Source: Marispirochaeta sp.
GTDB taxonomy: Bacteria; Spirochaetota; Spirochaetia; JC444; Marispirochaetaceae
Length of the DNA: 64,000 bases
Assembly: GCA_963676835.2 (NCBI GenBank)
Contig: CAXXFF010000001.1
Location: forward strand, 768,001-832,000
Direction: 5' to 3'
Shown here: positions 41,472 to 51,970 of the stretch, in pieces
How positions within the stretch are numbered: the stretch's first letter is position 1
Layout of the letters: every line of letters starts with the position of its first letter
The notes under the pieces: model-generated
What the model saw: the letters and a program-made list of their open reading frames with translations, nothing else
Told to the model about the DNA's origin: nothing
The model's database searches: none
Program-made: the position numbers and the translations under genes

Positions 41472-42881
41472 TCACAATTTACTAAGATTAATCTGACTAA
41501 TTTTAAACTTTTTTGCCCCGCTGATGGAAAAACTGCAAATTCCATCGATCCACTCAAGATCCATGTTAATACCGAAATCACTGTTATTCCACCCGGCACC
41601 TACCTGGAGGATAATCTCTCTTTGATCAGGGATTTCTCCGGTTTCCCGGTCACAGCTTTGCCCGGCATAGAGGGAACATTTCAGCTCCTTGACGTGAAGC
41701 TCAAGCCCTGCCCCGGCATCAACAAGACCGCTCCAGGCCTCGGGGGCAATAAGCCATGCCCCCTGTATAGAGATTTTCATTTTCAGTGACTGCACATGGA
41801 TAATTTCAGGAAAAGACATCTCTGCATAAAGAGTATCATCTCCCGCCCAGTATCCCTCCTCCATTTCCAGCTCTATGGTCCGGTAGATTTCACCCTTCCA
41901 TTGCCTGAAATCGAACAAACAGCCTCCGGTTCCGGAGAGAGACCGGTCGGCCTCCACCGGGAGTCCTGTTTCAGCATGTTCGAGCTCTCCACAAAGATCT
42001 AAAAACGGGCGGACCGAAAAAGCTGGAAAGAGCATTGCTTCATATGCTCCATTGTAATGGAATGAAGGCCATGAACGCCGCAAGGTGCGGTATTCGGGGC
42101 TTATCCAGGAGCCGCGCAGGCCGGTATCCAGGTACCTGCTGCTGCTTCTGACCAGAGCCCTGAGGTAATAGCCGGGAGGCAGAAGCCGGTGAAATGAGGC
42201 TGCGGAAAAAACGGAGAGCGTAAAGGGTTCTCCCCCGGCCTCCGCCCGCAAGCCTGTCTGCAGGATTTCTCCAGAAGGAGGAATCCCCCGGGGAAGGTAC
42301 CAGTCATCGTTATCTGCGGGAGTAATGGTACCGTATGCCGCCGCTGCGGAGAGAGACAGTCCCGGCAGCGGTTCTGCCGAAAATTCAGCCCCCGCCTCGG
42401 GAAGCCCCGTATCTCCGACAGTACACGAGAGCATCGCCCTCTCGGGTACAATAACAGCTGCACTTACGCGGCTGGAACTGTCCCAGCTCCGCAGCAGCGA
42501 GGCCCGGGGCAGAGTTGAAAAAACATCGCTCACAGGGGAAGCGCTGGAGGGAGAAAGCAGCTCCTGTAAAGGCCCTTTCAGGCTGAGAGTTCCAGCCTGT
42601 ACCCAGTGAGATGCCAGCCCCCCGCAAAATCGATATTCGTCGGAATTTTGATGTTCAACAAGAAATCCCCCATGCAGAGAAGACAAATCAAGAACAATCC
42701 CCAGATCCTCCTCTTCATCTGAAATATAGCGGGATTTTACCGTCAGGGATTCTTCGCCATACAGAAAACTACCTGCATAAAGAGAAAAAAGAAAAAAAAG
42801 AGGAGGAAACAGCAAAAATAACCAGGCCGTCTGCAGATGCTTCATACCAATAGAAACCGTGGTATTGTCCACCTGCTTCAC
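41472..42881 (-). CDS. Hypothetical (possibly exported/outer-membrane) protein
   Basis: 469-aa ORF, hydrophobic N-terminus; real start may be ATG 42845. Confidence 0.55.
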   Translation of the reverse strand: MKQVDNTTVSIGMKHLQTAWLFLLFPPLFFLFSLYAGSFLYGEESLTVKSRYISDEEEDLGIVLDLSSLHGGFLVEHQNSDEYRFCGGLASHWVQAGTLSLKGPLQELLSPSSASPVSDVFSTLPRASLLRSWDSSSRVSAAVIVPERAMLSCTVGDTGLPEAGAEFSAEPLPGLSLSAAAAYGTITPADNDDWYLPRGIPPSGEILQTGLRAEAGGEPFTLSVFSAASFHRLLPPGYYLRALVRSSSRYLDTGLRGSWISPEYRTLRRSWPSFHYNGAYEAMLFPAFSVRPFLDLCGELEHAETGLPVEADRSLSGTGGCLFDFRQWKGEIYRTIELEMEEGYWAGDDTLYAEMSFPEIIHVQSLKMKISIQGAWLIAPEAWSGLVDAGAGLELHVKELKCSLYAGQSCDRETGEIPDQREIILQVGAGWNNSDFGINMDLEWIDGICSFSISGAKKFKISQINLSKL

Positions 42882-42994
42882 CGATACACTTTAACCGCCT
42901 CTATCTTGAAAGGCGCACTCTCTTCGTTTACACTCATTGGACAGGTACAACCGGCTACACACCAGTACGGATTACACTATTTCGGAGGAAAATT

Positions 42995-44335
42995 TTGACA
43001 ATTCTAACCCTGAACTGCGGCTCCTCGTCGCTTAAATACCAGCTCTATGACTGGAGCAACAAGATGATCATGGCCTCGGGTATCGTTGAGCGAATTACCC
43101 AGGAAGGCTCCAAGATTGAACATAAGGTTACCGGCAAAGATGAATTAGAGAAGCAGCACGACTGCCCCACCCATAAAGAGGCCATTGAGCTGATTCTCGA
43201 TGTGCTTGTAGACCCCGAGTACGGCGCACTTAAATCGGTAGATGAGATTAAAGCTGTGGGCCACCGGGTAGTACACGGCGGTGAAAAGTTTGCCCGCTCC
43301 GTACTGGTGGATGAACAGGTTCTTGCATCCTTTACCGAGATTCAGGATCTTGCCCCCCTGCACAACCCGGCCAACATTCTGGGAATCACCTCCGCACAGG
43401 AAGTTATGCCCAATGTTCCCCAGTGTGCAATTATCGACACCGCCTGGCACCAGACCATGCCCGCCACCAGCTACATGTACGCCCTTCCCCGCAAGTGGTA
43501 TGAAGACTTTGCTGTTCGGCGCTACGGGTTCCACGGAACCAGCTTCCTTTACTGTGCAAAGCGGGCTGCGGTACTGCTTGGAAAAGACCCCTTTAAAACC
43601 AACGTAATTATTGCCCACATTGGAAACGGTTCGTCCATCAATGCAGTAAAAGACGGAGTATCTGTGGATACTTCCATGGGTCTTACTCCCCTGGAAGGAC
43701 TGATAATGGGAACCCGTTCCGGAGATATGGATCCTGCTATTCCCTTCTTTATGATGAAGAAACTCGGCGCAAGCCCCGATGAAATGGAAACCATTCTGAA
43801 CAAGAAGAGCGGTGTTCTTGGAATTACCGAGCAGTACACCGACCGACGGGACATTGAAATTGCCGCAGAAAAGGGCGACCCCAAGGCTCAGCTTTCCATC
43901 GATATGGAATCCTACCGGATAAAGAAATATATCGGAGCTTACTCTGCAGCCCTCGGCCGGGTGGATGCCCTGGTATTCACCGCAGGTGTTGGTGAAAGAG
44001 GCCCCATTATCCGGGAAAAAGTAACCGCCGAGCTTGAGAATATCGGAATCAAGGTGGACAAGGAGAAGAACATCGCCTCCATGACCCGTTATGCTGAAAC
44101 CGAAATTTCCACTCCCGATTCCAGGGTGAAGGTATTTGTTATTCCCACCGACGAAGAGCTGGTTATGACAGAAGACACCTACGCCCTTCTGGAAGGTACC
44201 TACAAGGATCACACCGACTACAAGTACTACTTCCAGAGCGCAGACTACGAGAACAAATCACGCCTTGAGTCTCTTCAGAAAGACCTGGCAAAACGCCCCG
44301 GTCTGGATAAGATTCTGGCAAAACCTGCTAAATAA
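42995..44335 (+). CDS. ackA: Acetate kinase (paralog 2, C-terminally extended)
   Basis: LNCGSSSLK, GHRVVHGG, LAPLHNP, PTDEEL; GGAGG RBS before TTG. Confidence 0.93.
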   Translation: MTILTLNCGSSSLKYQLYDWSNKMIMASGIVERITQEGSKIEHKVTGKDELEKQHDCPTHKEAIELILDVLVDPEYGALKSVDEIKAVGHRVVHGGEKFARSVLVDEQVLASFTEIQDLAPLHNPANILGITSAQEVMPNVPQCAIIDTAWHQTMPATSYMYALPRKWYEDFAVRRYGFHGTSFLYCAKRAAVLLGKDPFKTNVIIAHIGNGSSINAVKDGVSVDTSMGLTPLEGLIMGTRSGDMDPAIPFFMMKKLGASPDEMETILNKKSGVLGITEQYTDRRDIEIAAEKGDPKAQLSIDMESYRIKKYIGAYSAALGRVDALVFTAGVGERGPIIREKVTAELENIGIKVDKEKNIASMTRYAETEISTPDSRVKVFVIPTDEELVMTEDTYALLEGTYKDHTDYKYYFQSADYENKSRLESLQKDLAKRPGLDKILAKPAK

Positions 44336-44630
44336 AAGCGGTTTCTGCTTCAGTATCAGCCGCCGGTATTTGCCGGCGGTTTTTTATTGTCTCTGATTCT
44401 GTATCAGTACGGGAAAAACATATCTTTGAGTTTTCCAATGCTTCGGCAACGGCTTTGGAGCCGACGGTAATCTTTTCTCCCGGTCCGAGAAAACGATCTC
44501 CGCTTCCCTTCCAGGTTAGCCAGAGACGCCCTTCCATACATTCAAGGCTGATGCCCCTGCCGATCCTGCTGCAGCTTCCCCTGCGCCAACTACCCTTCTC
44601 TCTGTTCTGATTTGCACCTGTTCTTTTCAT
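44328..44630 (-). CDS. DUF2917-like small protein
   Basis: LECMEGRLWLT..G..D.FL.PGE; divergent from MocR regulator; TATCAT 6 nt upstream of ATG 44630. Confidence 0.7.
   Translation of the reverse strand: MKRTGANQNREKGSWRRGSCSRIGRGISLECMEGRLWLTWKGSGDRFLGPGEKITVGSKAVAEALENSKICFSRTDTESETIKNRRQIPAADTEAETAFI
44360..44388 (+). terminator. Intrinsic terminator after ackA paralog 2
   Basis: CCGCCGG-TATTTG-CCGGCGG-TTTTTT. Confidence 0.65.
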
Positions 44631-44792
44631 GCTGCCATGATAAGAAGGATAAAAGCAGAAAAACAGCATCAGTACCGCTGATTTTTTTCCTGACAGAGAA
44701 GAGATATTACCAACTGTGTGCTTTCCGGGAGGTAAAACTGTATCTGTAACCCCGTCTGCTTCTGTATTATACTCAGAAGCAGAAAAAGAGTG

Positions 44793-46226
44793 ATGATGGA
44801 AAAGCAGACAGCAAAATACCGGCAAATCCTCGATGTTGTTCAGAACATGATTGCAGAAGGTGTACTCAAACCCGGAGACAGGGTCCCGTCCTTAAGAAGC
44901 CTGAGCGCTGACCTCGGGGTAAGCGTCAATACCGTAAGGGAAGCCTACTGGGAGCTTGAAAGCAGCCAGATAATCGAGGCAATTCCCCAGTCCGGCTATT
45001 TTGTACGCCCGTCGCTTCCCGGGCAGGCTGAACAGACGGCCGAAGTGTTCTCCCCGGATCCCTGCGAAGTAAGTCTCTGCCAGGTCTACGCGAACTTTCA
45101 GGAACAGGGCATGCCAGCCGCGGGAATGAACCTTGGAATATCACATCTGGACGAAGACCTCCGTCCCCGGCAGAAGCTGAGCAGATACTTTCAGGAAGTC
45201 TTCAGGGAACAGAGTTCGGAATCCTTCAACTATTCCATGGCACCGGGACTGCAGGAGCTCAGAGAGCAGATTGCCCGCTATGCCCTCCAGGGCGGTGTGG
45301 ATGTTTCCCCCCGGGAAGTGGTTGTAACCAACGGCTGTAATGAGGCGGTATTCCTTGCCATGCGATCGATCTGTTCCCCGGGCGATATCATAGCCATAGA
45401 AAGCCCGGTCTATTTCAACTTTCTTCAGCTGCTGCAGGAGCTGGGCATAAAGATCATCGAGATCCCCTCCACCCCGGAAAAGGGAATGAGCATAGAGGCC
45501 CTGCGCTTTGCCTTTGAACGCTTCGATATCAAGGCGGTGTTCTCTATAACCACCTTCAACAACCCCCTGGGCTCCACCCTTTCGGATGCAGACAAGCAGG
45601 CCCTGGTGGAACTGATCAACGAGAAGGAGAGCTTTCTTATAGAAGATGATATCTATGCAGACCTTCATTCCGGCAGACACCGGCCCAGAAGCTGCAAATC
45701 CTGGGACACCGAAGGAAGGGTTCTCCTCTGCTCTTCCTTTTCCAAAACCGTTGAGCCCGGCGTAAGGCTGGGATGGGTACTGGGAGGAAGAATGCTCAAC
45801 CGGATTATCAGGCTGAAGACCCTGCTTAATATAGGTACATCAACACCGACCCAGAAGGCCTTCGCCCGCTTCCTCAAGGAGGGAGGCTACGACCGCCACC
45901 TGAGAAAAATCCGCGGCATAATCAGCGACTACCGGGAGCAGATGCGAAATGTGGTTCTGGAAACATTCCCCGAGGGAACAAGCGTCAGCAATCCCGACGG
46001 CGGACTGGTCATATGGGTTACCCTGCCGTCCCATATGGACTCCATGGAGCTCTACTATTCCGCCCTGGATAAGGGAATAATCATTGCCCCCGGATCGCTG
46101 TTTACCTGTTCGGACAAATACGGCAGCGCCTTCCGTCTGAACGCCGGCCACTGGAATACAGGCGTGGAGCAGACCATCCGTGTGCTTGGCAGGCTGGCCA
46201 GGGAACAGGCCAAAAACATAGCCTGA
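44793..46226 (+). CDS. MocR/GntR-family PLP-dependent transcriptional regulator
   Basis: wHTH (LKPGDRVPSLR..VSVNTV..AY) plus aminotransferase domain (IEDDIY, SSFSK). Confidence 0.92.
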   Translation: MMEKQTAKYRQILDVVQNMIAEGVLKPGDRVPSLRSLSADLGVSVNTVREAYWELESSQIIEAIPQSGYFVRPSLPGQAEQTAEVFSPDPCEVSLCQVYANFQEQGMPAAGMNLGISHLDEDLRPRQKLSRYFQEVFREQSSESFNYSMAPGLQELREQIARYALQGGVDVSPREVVVTNGCNEAVFLAMRSICSPGDIIAIESPVYFNFLQLLQELGIKIIEIPSTPEKGMSIEALRFAFERFDIKAVFSITTFNNPLGSTLSDADKQALVELINEKESFLIEDDIYADLHSGRHRPRSCKSWDTEGRVLLCSSFSKTVEPGVRLGWVLGGRMLNRIIRLKTLLNIGTSTPTQKAFARFLKEGGYDRHLRKIRGIISDYREQMRNVVLETFPEGTSVSNPDGGLVIWVTLPSHMDSMELYYSALDKGIIIAPGSLFTCSDKYGSAFRLNAGHWNTGVEQTIRVLGRLAREQAKNIA

Positions 46227-46240
46227 AAAATGCATCACGA

Positions 46241-48478
46241 TCAGAAATAGCCGCTGCTCCAGCGTTCAGCCCCGAAAATGAACATAGGCAGAATCAGCAC
46301 AATACAGAAGCCTATAAACAGCAGACCGTCGGAAAAACGGAGCGGCGGTACCTTGTGCAGATGCCTGGGCGTATTATCCAGCCCCCGGCCGTCCATGGCT
46401 ACCGCGATTCTTCCCGCCCGTCTGAAGGCTGCGACAAAAATGCCGAAGTAGACCCGGAACTCCTGTCTGAGCCTTGAGGAGATGCCTTTTGCCCCGTATT
46501 CCCGCAGCCTGATTGCCCGGCGGATAAGCTCTCCCTCCGCCTTCAATTCCGGCCCGATTCTGAATGCAATCATAAGGGCATATACCAGCTTCGGCGGCAG
46601 TTTGAGATAGTGCATAAGGGAGTGGCTGAAGAGCTCCGGATCGAGATCCTCAACAAAGAGCAGGGAGTAGATACCGAACACCAGAGACCTGCAGAAAAGG
46701 AGCAGGCCGTTTTCAAATCCAGCGCTGAATCCTCCGCTTCGGTGGAAGAGCAGGTTTGCCCAGAGGAACCCCGCACCGATGAGGGCAAAGGGGATGATCC
46801 GTTTAAGAAACCTGAAGGGTGTGAGACTGGTAAAAGCAAGGGCAGACAGGGTTCCTGCGGCCAGCCACCCGAGGGTAGCTTCCAGGGAGGAGACAAAACC
46901 CGCACCGATGATAATTAGAAGTGCACCCGCTGCACGGACAAGGGGGTTCCGCCTGCCGAGAATTGACCGGGGGGCGACATGGTTATTCTGCTCTGCCTGT
47001 GCTGAAGTGTTTCGGGGTACGGTATCCTCTCCGGTTTCCGCAATCCTTCCGTCCTGCAGACGCAGTATGCGGTCCGCCGCTGCTTCCGCAAAAGGACGGT
47101 CATGGGTGACCACCAGGAGGGACTGTCCGCCGTCCCGCAGCCGGGCATGTAGATGTAAAAGTTCCACCACCCCCGGCCCGTCAAGGCCGAAAGTCGGCTC
47201 ATCCATAAGAATAAGAGGCGCAGAGGAAAGAGAAGCAATTGCAAGGTTGAGCCGCCGCTTCTGTCCCGAGGAGAGAGTATAGGGATTCCGCTCCCCGTAT
47301 TCATTCAGACCGAATCCGTCCAGAGCCTGCAGGGCGGTACCGCTACATCCGCCTGAAGCATGAAGGAGCTCCTCCATTACGCTTGCAGCGATAAAGAGAT
47401 GCTCCGGATTCTGGGGAACAATGAATACCCCGGACGATGATTCGGGTAGAGTTGCTTCCGGGGCCCATGCAATATCTCCGGACAGACTGCCTTTTATTCT
47501 TCCTCTTTTTCTCCTGGACTTCACACTTCCACGGTCCGGCCCTCCCGCATCAGAGGCAAGAAGGTTGAGCAGCGTTGACTTTCCGCTGCCGTTCCGCCCT
47601 TCCAGAACGGTAATCTCCCCCCGGTAAAGGGTCAGATTGAGCCGGTCCAGTACAGGAGCAGGACATTCCCGGTATGAGAAGGTGAGATCTTTTACCTGAA
47701 GCAGCGGCACCGCCTGTTCTGGTTCTTCCCGGCGGGAATACCGGCCTATGGAGGGAAAATCACTGCCCCAGACTGGCGGAGGGTTCTTCAGGGAAGATAC
47801 CACGCCGTTTTCCACCGTCAGGATTGTATCAGCCTGAGGGAGCCCGTCGGTGCGGTGTTCCACCACCATTAGGGTCAGTTGCGGATGAATATTCTTAATT
47901 GTTTTCAGGAGACCGAGTACCCGAGTCCGGTTCTCTGCATCCAGGTAGGAACAGGGTTCATCAAGAATCAGAACATCCGGAACCAGTGCCGCAGCTGAAG
48001 CCAGGGCGACCATCTGCTTTTCACCGCCGCTTAAAGAGATAAGGTCCCTGCCCTTAAGATGGTCTATGGCGAAATCTGCAAGGATACGGCTGGTTATCCG
48101 CTCTATTTCCAGAGCAGAGATGCCGCGGTTTTCCAGAAGCAGGGATATTTCGCTCTCCACGGTAAGAGTACAAAGCTGGGATGACGGGTCCTGAAAGATG
48201 TAGGCGCAAGTCTCGACCCGCTGCCGGGGTTCCAGTTCCGCCGGGTCCTTTTCCATTACCCGGACAAGCCCACTGCGCTTGCCGGGAACGATCCCCGGAA
48301 GCATACCCGCCGCTGTAAGCCCCAGGGTGCTTTTGCCCGAACCGTTGGGGCCGAGAATCCAGCAGACGCCGCCGGAAGCAACGGAGAAGTCCGCTCCGCT
48401 GACGGCGGTAGATGCAGCCCGGGGATACTTAACTGTAAGCTGTTCTCCCCGGACAGCACATGAACTGCTATTCTTCAT
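46241..48478 (-). CDS. ECF transporter: two ATPase domains fused to T component (YkoD-YkoC fusion)
   Basis: GPNGSGKS/LSGGE/DEP and GRNGSGKS/LSSGQ/DEP, then TM region with AIRLR and AMDGRG motifs. Confidence 0.85.
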   Translation of the reverse strand: MKNSSSCAVRGEQLTVKYPRAASTAVSGADFSVASGGVCWILGPNGSGKSTLGLTAAGMLPGIVPGKRSGLVRVMEKDPAELEPRQRVETCAYIFQDPSSQLCTLTVESEISLLLENRGISALEIERITSRILADFAIDHLKGRDLISLSGGEKQMVALASAAALVPDVLILDEPCSYLDAENRTRVLGLLKTIKNIHPQLTLMVVEHRTDGLPQADTILTVENGVVSSLKNPPPVWGSDFPSIGRYSRREEPEQAVPLLQVKDLTFSYRECPAPVLDRLNLTLYRGEITVLEGRNGSGKSTLLNLLASDAGGPDRGSVKSRRKRGRIKGSLSGDIAWAPEATLPESSSGVFIVPQNPEHLFIAASVMEELLHASGGCSGTALQALDGFGLNEYGERNPYTLSSGQKRRLNLAIASLSSAPLILMDEPTFGLDGPGVVELLHLHARLRDGGQSLLVVTHDRPFAEAAADRILRLQDGRIAETGEDTVPRNTSAQAEQNNHVAPRSILGRRNPLVRAAGALLIIIGAGFVSSLEATLGWLAAGTLSALAFTSLTPFRFLKRIIPFALIGAGFLWANLLFHRSGGFSAGFENGLLLFCRSLVFGIYSLLFVEDLDPELFSHSLMHYLKLPPKLVYALMIAFRIGPELKAEGELIRRAIRLREYGAKGISSRLRQEFRVYFGIFVAAFRRAGRIAVAMDGRGLDNTPRHLHKVPPLRFSDGLLFIGFCIVLILPMFIFGAERWSSGYF

Positions 48479-48487
48479 CGTCCTCTA

Positions 48488-49066
48488 TTAATCATTATCT
48501 TCGATGGCAAGACCGTCAAAAACACCGGTCTTCCGCAGACCGTCGGCCAGGAATTTCGGCAGAAGGGCACCAAGGACCGCGCCGGAAGTACAGCGGATAA
48601 GGAACATGGCAATCAGCATACCCGGAGCCATACTGCCGTAATCAAAGCGGATCCAGTTATAGACAAAACTGAAAACCGCCGCAGAGACACCGGAAAGAAT
48701 CAGTACAGGAAGGCTGTACTTCCGCCAGCGGGTTGCCAGAAAGGGAACTTCAGATCCGAAGCCCTGCACCGCCCCGGTGAGAAGCATGATTGCGCCCGCG
48801 GCGTTCCCCGCAAGAATTTCCGCAACAACCGCCAGCATGGCAGTGGCAAAGGCAACCCAGGGCTTGCGCACGACATAGGCGGTAAAAACTGATCCCGCAA
48901 ACCAGAACCCGAAGACGATGTCCATCGCAAGGGGACCGATAATGCCCTGAGCTAACAGCCACACCTGAATCCAGGCGAGGTAGCAGACAGCAAATACAAC
49001 AGAGGATACCGCGACTACAACGGTATCACGGGTGGACCACATGAGAGATCTTTTAGACATTTCCAT
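48488..49066 (-). CDS. ykoE: ECF S component, YkoE family (thiamine/HMP)
   Basis: W..RD.VV, VRKP..A, QG.GSE, LADGLRKTGV. Confidence 0.85.
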   Translation of the reverse strand: MEMSKRSLMWSTRDTVVVAVSSVVFAVCYLAWIQVWLLAQGIIGPLAMDIVFGFWFAGSVFTAYVVRKPWVAFATAMLAVVAEILAGNAAGAIMLLTGAVQGFGSEVPFLATRWRKYSLPVLILSGVSAAVFSFVYNWIRFDYGSMAPGMLIAMFLIRCTSGAVLGALLPKFLADGLRKTGVFDGLAIEDND

Positions 49067-49701
49067 TAGAATGTTTCTCCTTTTTTCTTTCTTTCTGAAT
49101 TACTGGGACTATTGGCCGACACGGTGGCATGAATAACCACGTGGGAAACTTCAGTCGAGATAAAACTTTCATAGATTGACTGAAAAACCTTGTCTGCCGG
49201 GCCGTCCAGACGGGTGCAGAAATTTTTGGACCGGGTAAAGGTTCCCATTCGTTTTGCACCGTCTACAGCACCGTAGATACGGTCCATATAATCCACTGCG
49301 CCCAGGGGATAGAGCGAAAACTGGGCGGAGACTTCAACATCTGCACCCTCCCCCGCAGGGATTTCTGCAGGCGGTTCCGGTTCCTCCGCAGGACTTATAC
49401 CGGAGGCACAGCAGACGGCTTCCCCGGGACAGCCGCGGCTGAACAAAATGCTTCCGGCCACATGTTCTCCCGATACCGCAGCGGCACAGAAAGAATCACG
49501 GATGGCGGCAAATACCTTTTCCGCGTCTCCCCGCACCAGGGTACTGATATCGTCGGTTTCAACTTTGAGATTGTTTTCTCCCGCGGCTTTCAGCTTCTCC
49601 ACCGCAGGCAAGATTACCTCCACGAACCTTCCGGTCATGGGGTATAGCGAGTATTGAGTTCCACACTCCAAGGACAGGCCCCCTTTATAAACAGATTTCA
49701 A
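49066..49701 (-). CDS. ykoF: Thiamine/HMP-binding protein YkoF
   Basis: Two (Y/F)SLYP repeats, SRGCPGE, SANSPS. Confidence 0.85.
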   Translation of the reverse strand: MKSVYKGGLSLECGTQYSLYPMTGRFVEVILPAVEKLKAAGENNLKVETDDISTLVRGDAEKVFAAIRDSFCAAAVSGEHVAGSILFSRGCPGEAVCCASGISPAEEPEPPAEIPAGEGADVEVSAQFSLYPLGAVDYMDRIYGAVDGAKRMGTFTRSKNFCTRLDGPADKVFQSIYESFISTEVSHVVIHATVSANSPSNSERKKKGETF

Positions 49702-49824
49702 ACAGATGTTTCGGGGGAGTAAGAGAAATGCAAACGGCCGCTCTCCCTGTACAGATTTGTCAAGGATGCGGCCGCACTGAAAATTCGCCTCTTTACCGGT
49801 AGCCGATAAAAAGTATAGCGAAAA

Positions 49825-49918
49825 CCCGTCCCTTCGCCGGCATTACCCGGATCAGGTTCAAAGGGTCGAGAGCACCTTGAGCTCTCCTCTCAGTCCGGCA
49901 ATGTTCCGAACTCCCCGT
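49825..49918 (-). ncRNA. TPP riboswitch
   Basis: Minus strand reads GGGGAG...CTGAGAG...GACCCTTTGAACCTGATCCGGGTAATGCCGGCGAAGGGA, upstream of ykoF. Confidence 0.95.
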
Positions 49919-50040
49919 AAATATGTTGAGGATCATAGTATCTGCAGACAGAAAAGGTCAATAGATAATTTTTTACTTTTTATCTGAATCAATCAAAAAC
50001 TACTTGTATCATCTGTGATATACCATTCATACTCCGGAAT

Positions 50041-51222
50041 ATGGATCAACGATATACATCACGGCCGATGCTGCTGGTCAGCATGCTGGTACTGGCGATC
50101 TTCTTCTCCATGGGTTCAAGGGTTCTGTTTTCTCCCCTTATGCCACTGCTGCAGGAGGAGCTGAACTTCAACCTGACCACCGCCGGAACCCTGTTCTTGC
50201 TGGTGAGCATCAGCTATGCAGTTTCAATGATGTTTGCCGGATTTCTTTCCGCAAAGGTAGGTCATGGGAACACCATTACCATAGCGCTTGCTGCAATGGG
50301 TACCGGCCTGCTTCTGGCTGCAGTTGCGATGAACGCCCTAATGCTGGCCCTTTCTCTGGTAATGATCGGTTGTGCCGCCGGCCTCTATCCCCCTTCCGGC
50401 CTTATGATGATAAATACCAAAATTGATCCCGCCCACCGGAGTAAAGCTCTTTCTCTTCATGAGCTCGGACCCAATACAGCCCTGCTGACTGCGCCGCTCA
50501 TTGTAATTGCCCTTGAGCCTTGGGTCGGCTGGCGTGGAGTTCTGGTTGTTATGGCGGTGATCGTTGCCGTTGCAACCACGGTATTCAAGAAATGGGGAGC
50601 ACCGGACAGCGGCGTTGGAACTGCACCGAATTTTTCAACAATTGGAACGATCCTGAAAAACCGCAGCACCATTTTAGGTATGATGCTTCTAACCTCAATA
50701 ATTGCCAGCCAGCAGGGAGTATACGCGATTCTCCCGGCCTATCTGGTTACCGAACACGGCATGGATAAGAGCTTTGTGAACCTTATGCTGTCTCTTTCGC
50801 GGATTACCGGGATCCTCTTGCTTTTAAAAGCGGGCTCGGTAATTCACAGGATTGGAAGACGGCGTACAATGACCATTACCCTTACCTTCTCTGCAGTCTT
50901 TACCGCACTATTGGGGCTGATTCACGGCCCCATGATTGCAGTGGTAATCATCCTGCAGCCGGCAATCCTTACCGTCTGTTTCCCCGCCCTGCTTTCGGCA
51001 ATGGCGGACATCGGTGAAGCCCGCTATCAGAATATTACCTACTCCCTGATTATCACCGCAGGATTCGGTACCGGATCCGGTGTGGTTCCGGCACTGTTAG
51101 GAGTATTCGGCGACATGGGCATAGGCTGGGCAGGATTTGTCCTGCTCGCAGCCTTCATGCTCATATCACTTACCTTTATGCTTGTGACGCCGGTTTTCGG
51201 GAAGGATGCGAAGCAGCGGTAA
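50041..51222 (+). CDS. MFS transporter
   Basis: About 12 TM segments; GFLSAKVGH loop motif; GWR. Confidence 0.85.
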   Translation: MDQRYTSRPMLLVSMLVLAIFFSMGSRVLFSPLMPLLQEELNFNLTTAGTLFLLVSISYAVSMMFAGFLSAKVGHGNTITIALAAMGTGLLLAAVAMNALMLALSLVMIGCAAGLYPPSGLMMINTKIDPAHRSKALSLHELGPNTALLTAPLIVIALEPWVGWRGVLVVMAVIVAVATTVFKKWGAPDSGVGTAPNFSTIGTILKNRSTILGMMLLTSIIASQQGVYAILPAYLVTEHGMDKSFVNLMLSLSRITGILLLLKAGSVIHRIGRRRTMTITLTFSAVFTALLGLIHGPMIAVVIILQPAILTVCFPALLSAMADIGEARYQNITYSLIITAGFGTGSGVVPALLGVFGDMGIGWAGFVLLAAFMLISLTFMLVTPVFGKDAKQR

Positions 51223-51273
51223 AAGGGATTCTTCTGCCCTGGGGGTATGCTATTTTTTCCGGCTTATCAGTTC

Positions 51274-51528
51274 TCAGGCGATAATATGCGGCGCCTCAAC
51301 GATGCTTTGACTGTACAGAATTTCAGGATCAATATCCGCTCCATTAGGCCATTCAATGGAATCAAATTTCACAGACACCGCATTAAAGATTGATAAATCC
51401 CGCAACTCAGAAAAAATGCCGGTATTGAGATAAGTTGACATATCAAAATAACGTTTTTCATCATTTTCAAATGTGAGCAGTAATTTATAATCCGGTAAAG
51501 GCCTGACAGCTTTAACTCCTAAATACAT
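51274..51528 (-). CDS. DUF2442 protein (putative antitoxin)
   Basis: DYKLLLTFEN...IEWPNGADIDPE.LY. Confidence 0.85.
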   Translation of the reverse strand: MYLGVKAVRPLPDYKLLLTFENDEKRYFDMSTYLNTGIFSELRDLSIFNAVSVKFDSIEWPNGADIDPEILYSQSIVEAPHIIA

Positions 51529-51538
51529 CAAAGACTCC

Positions 51539-51805
51539 TTATCTTAGTGGATCAATCTTGAATGGTATTTCACCATTTTGAGCAAGCTTCCAATCAGCCA
51601 ATAGTTCATCTTTATGCAGTTCTGCCCATGCTTCTATTAGTTTTATCTGCTTTCCCGGGATATTTCCCTCAGTCATTTCACAGATATTGATATCAAAAAT
51701 TCCCTTAAAATCCTGATAATAAGCGTGAAAATGAGGGGGATTATGTTCTTTTTTCCCGAGATACATGCGAATGACAATTCCGAAAAACATCGACAACGTA
51801 GGCAT
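51539..51805 (-). CDS. DUF4160 protein (putative toxin)
   Basis: MPTLSMFFGIVIRMY..EHNPPHFHAYY...WAELHKDELLADW. Confidence 0.88.
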   Translation of the reverse strand: MPTLSMFFGIVIRMYLGKKEHNPPHFHAYYQDFKGIFDINICEMTEGNIPGKQIKLIEAWAELHKDELLADWKLAQNGEIPFKIDPLR

Positions 51806-51970
51806 AGTTACAGTATATCAGCACAGTTACTCTAAGTCTATTTTGCAGTCCGTTTTGTAATTTTTTCCCATTAAAAGGTACGGTCGTCTTCATAGAAGAG
51901 CTTGTCGATGGAGAAGCATGCCAAGTTGTAGACGTAAGCTTCTATGTGCAGATTAGAGGAGTTTTTAAGT

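Noticed and set aside
43145..44212. 355-aa minus-strand ORF (likewise 36995-37768 and 20016-20669)
   Set aside because: Antisense shadows of ackA, cysS and hisF
44711..44768. CTGT(A/G)T repeats as MocR operator
   Set aside because: Plausible but too short and degenerate to support without comparative data
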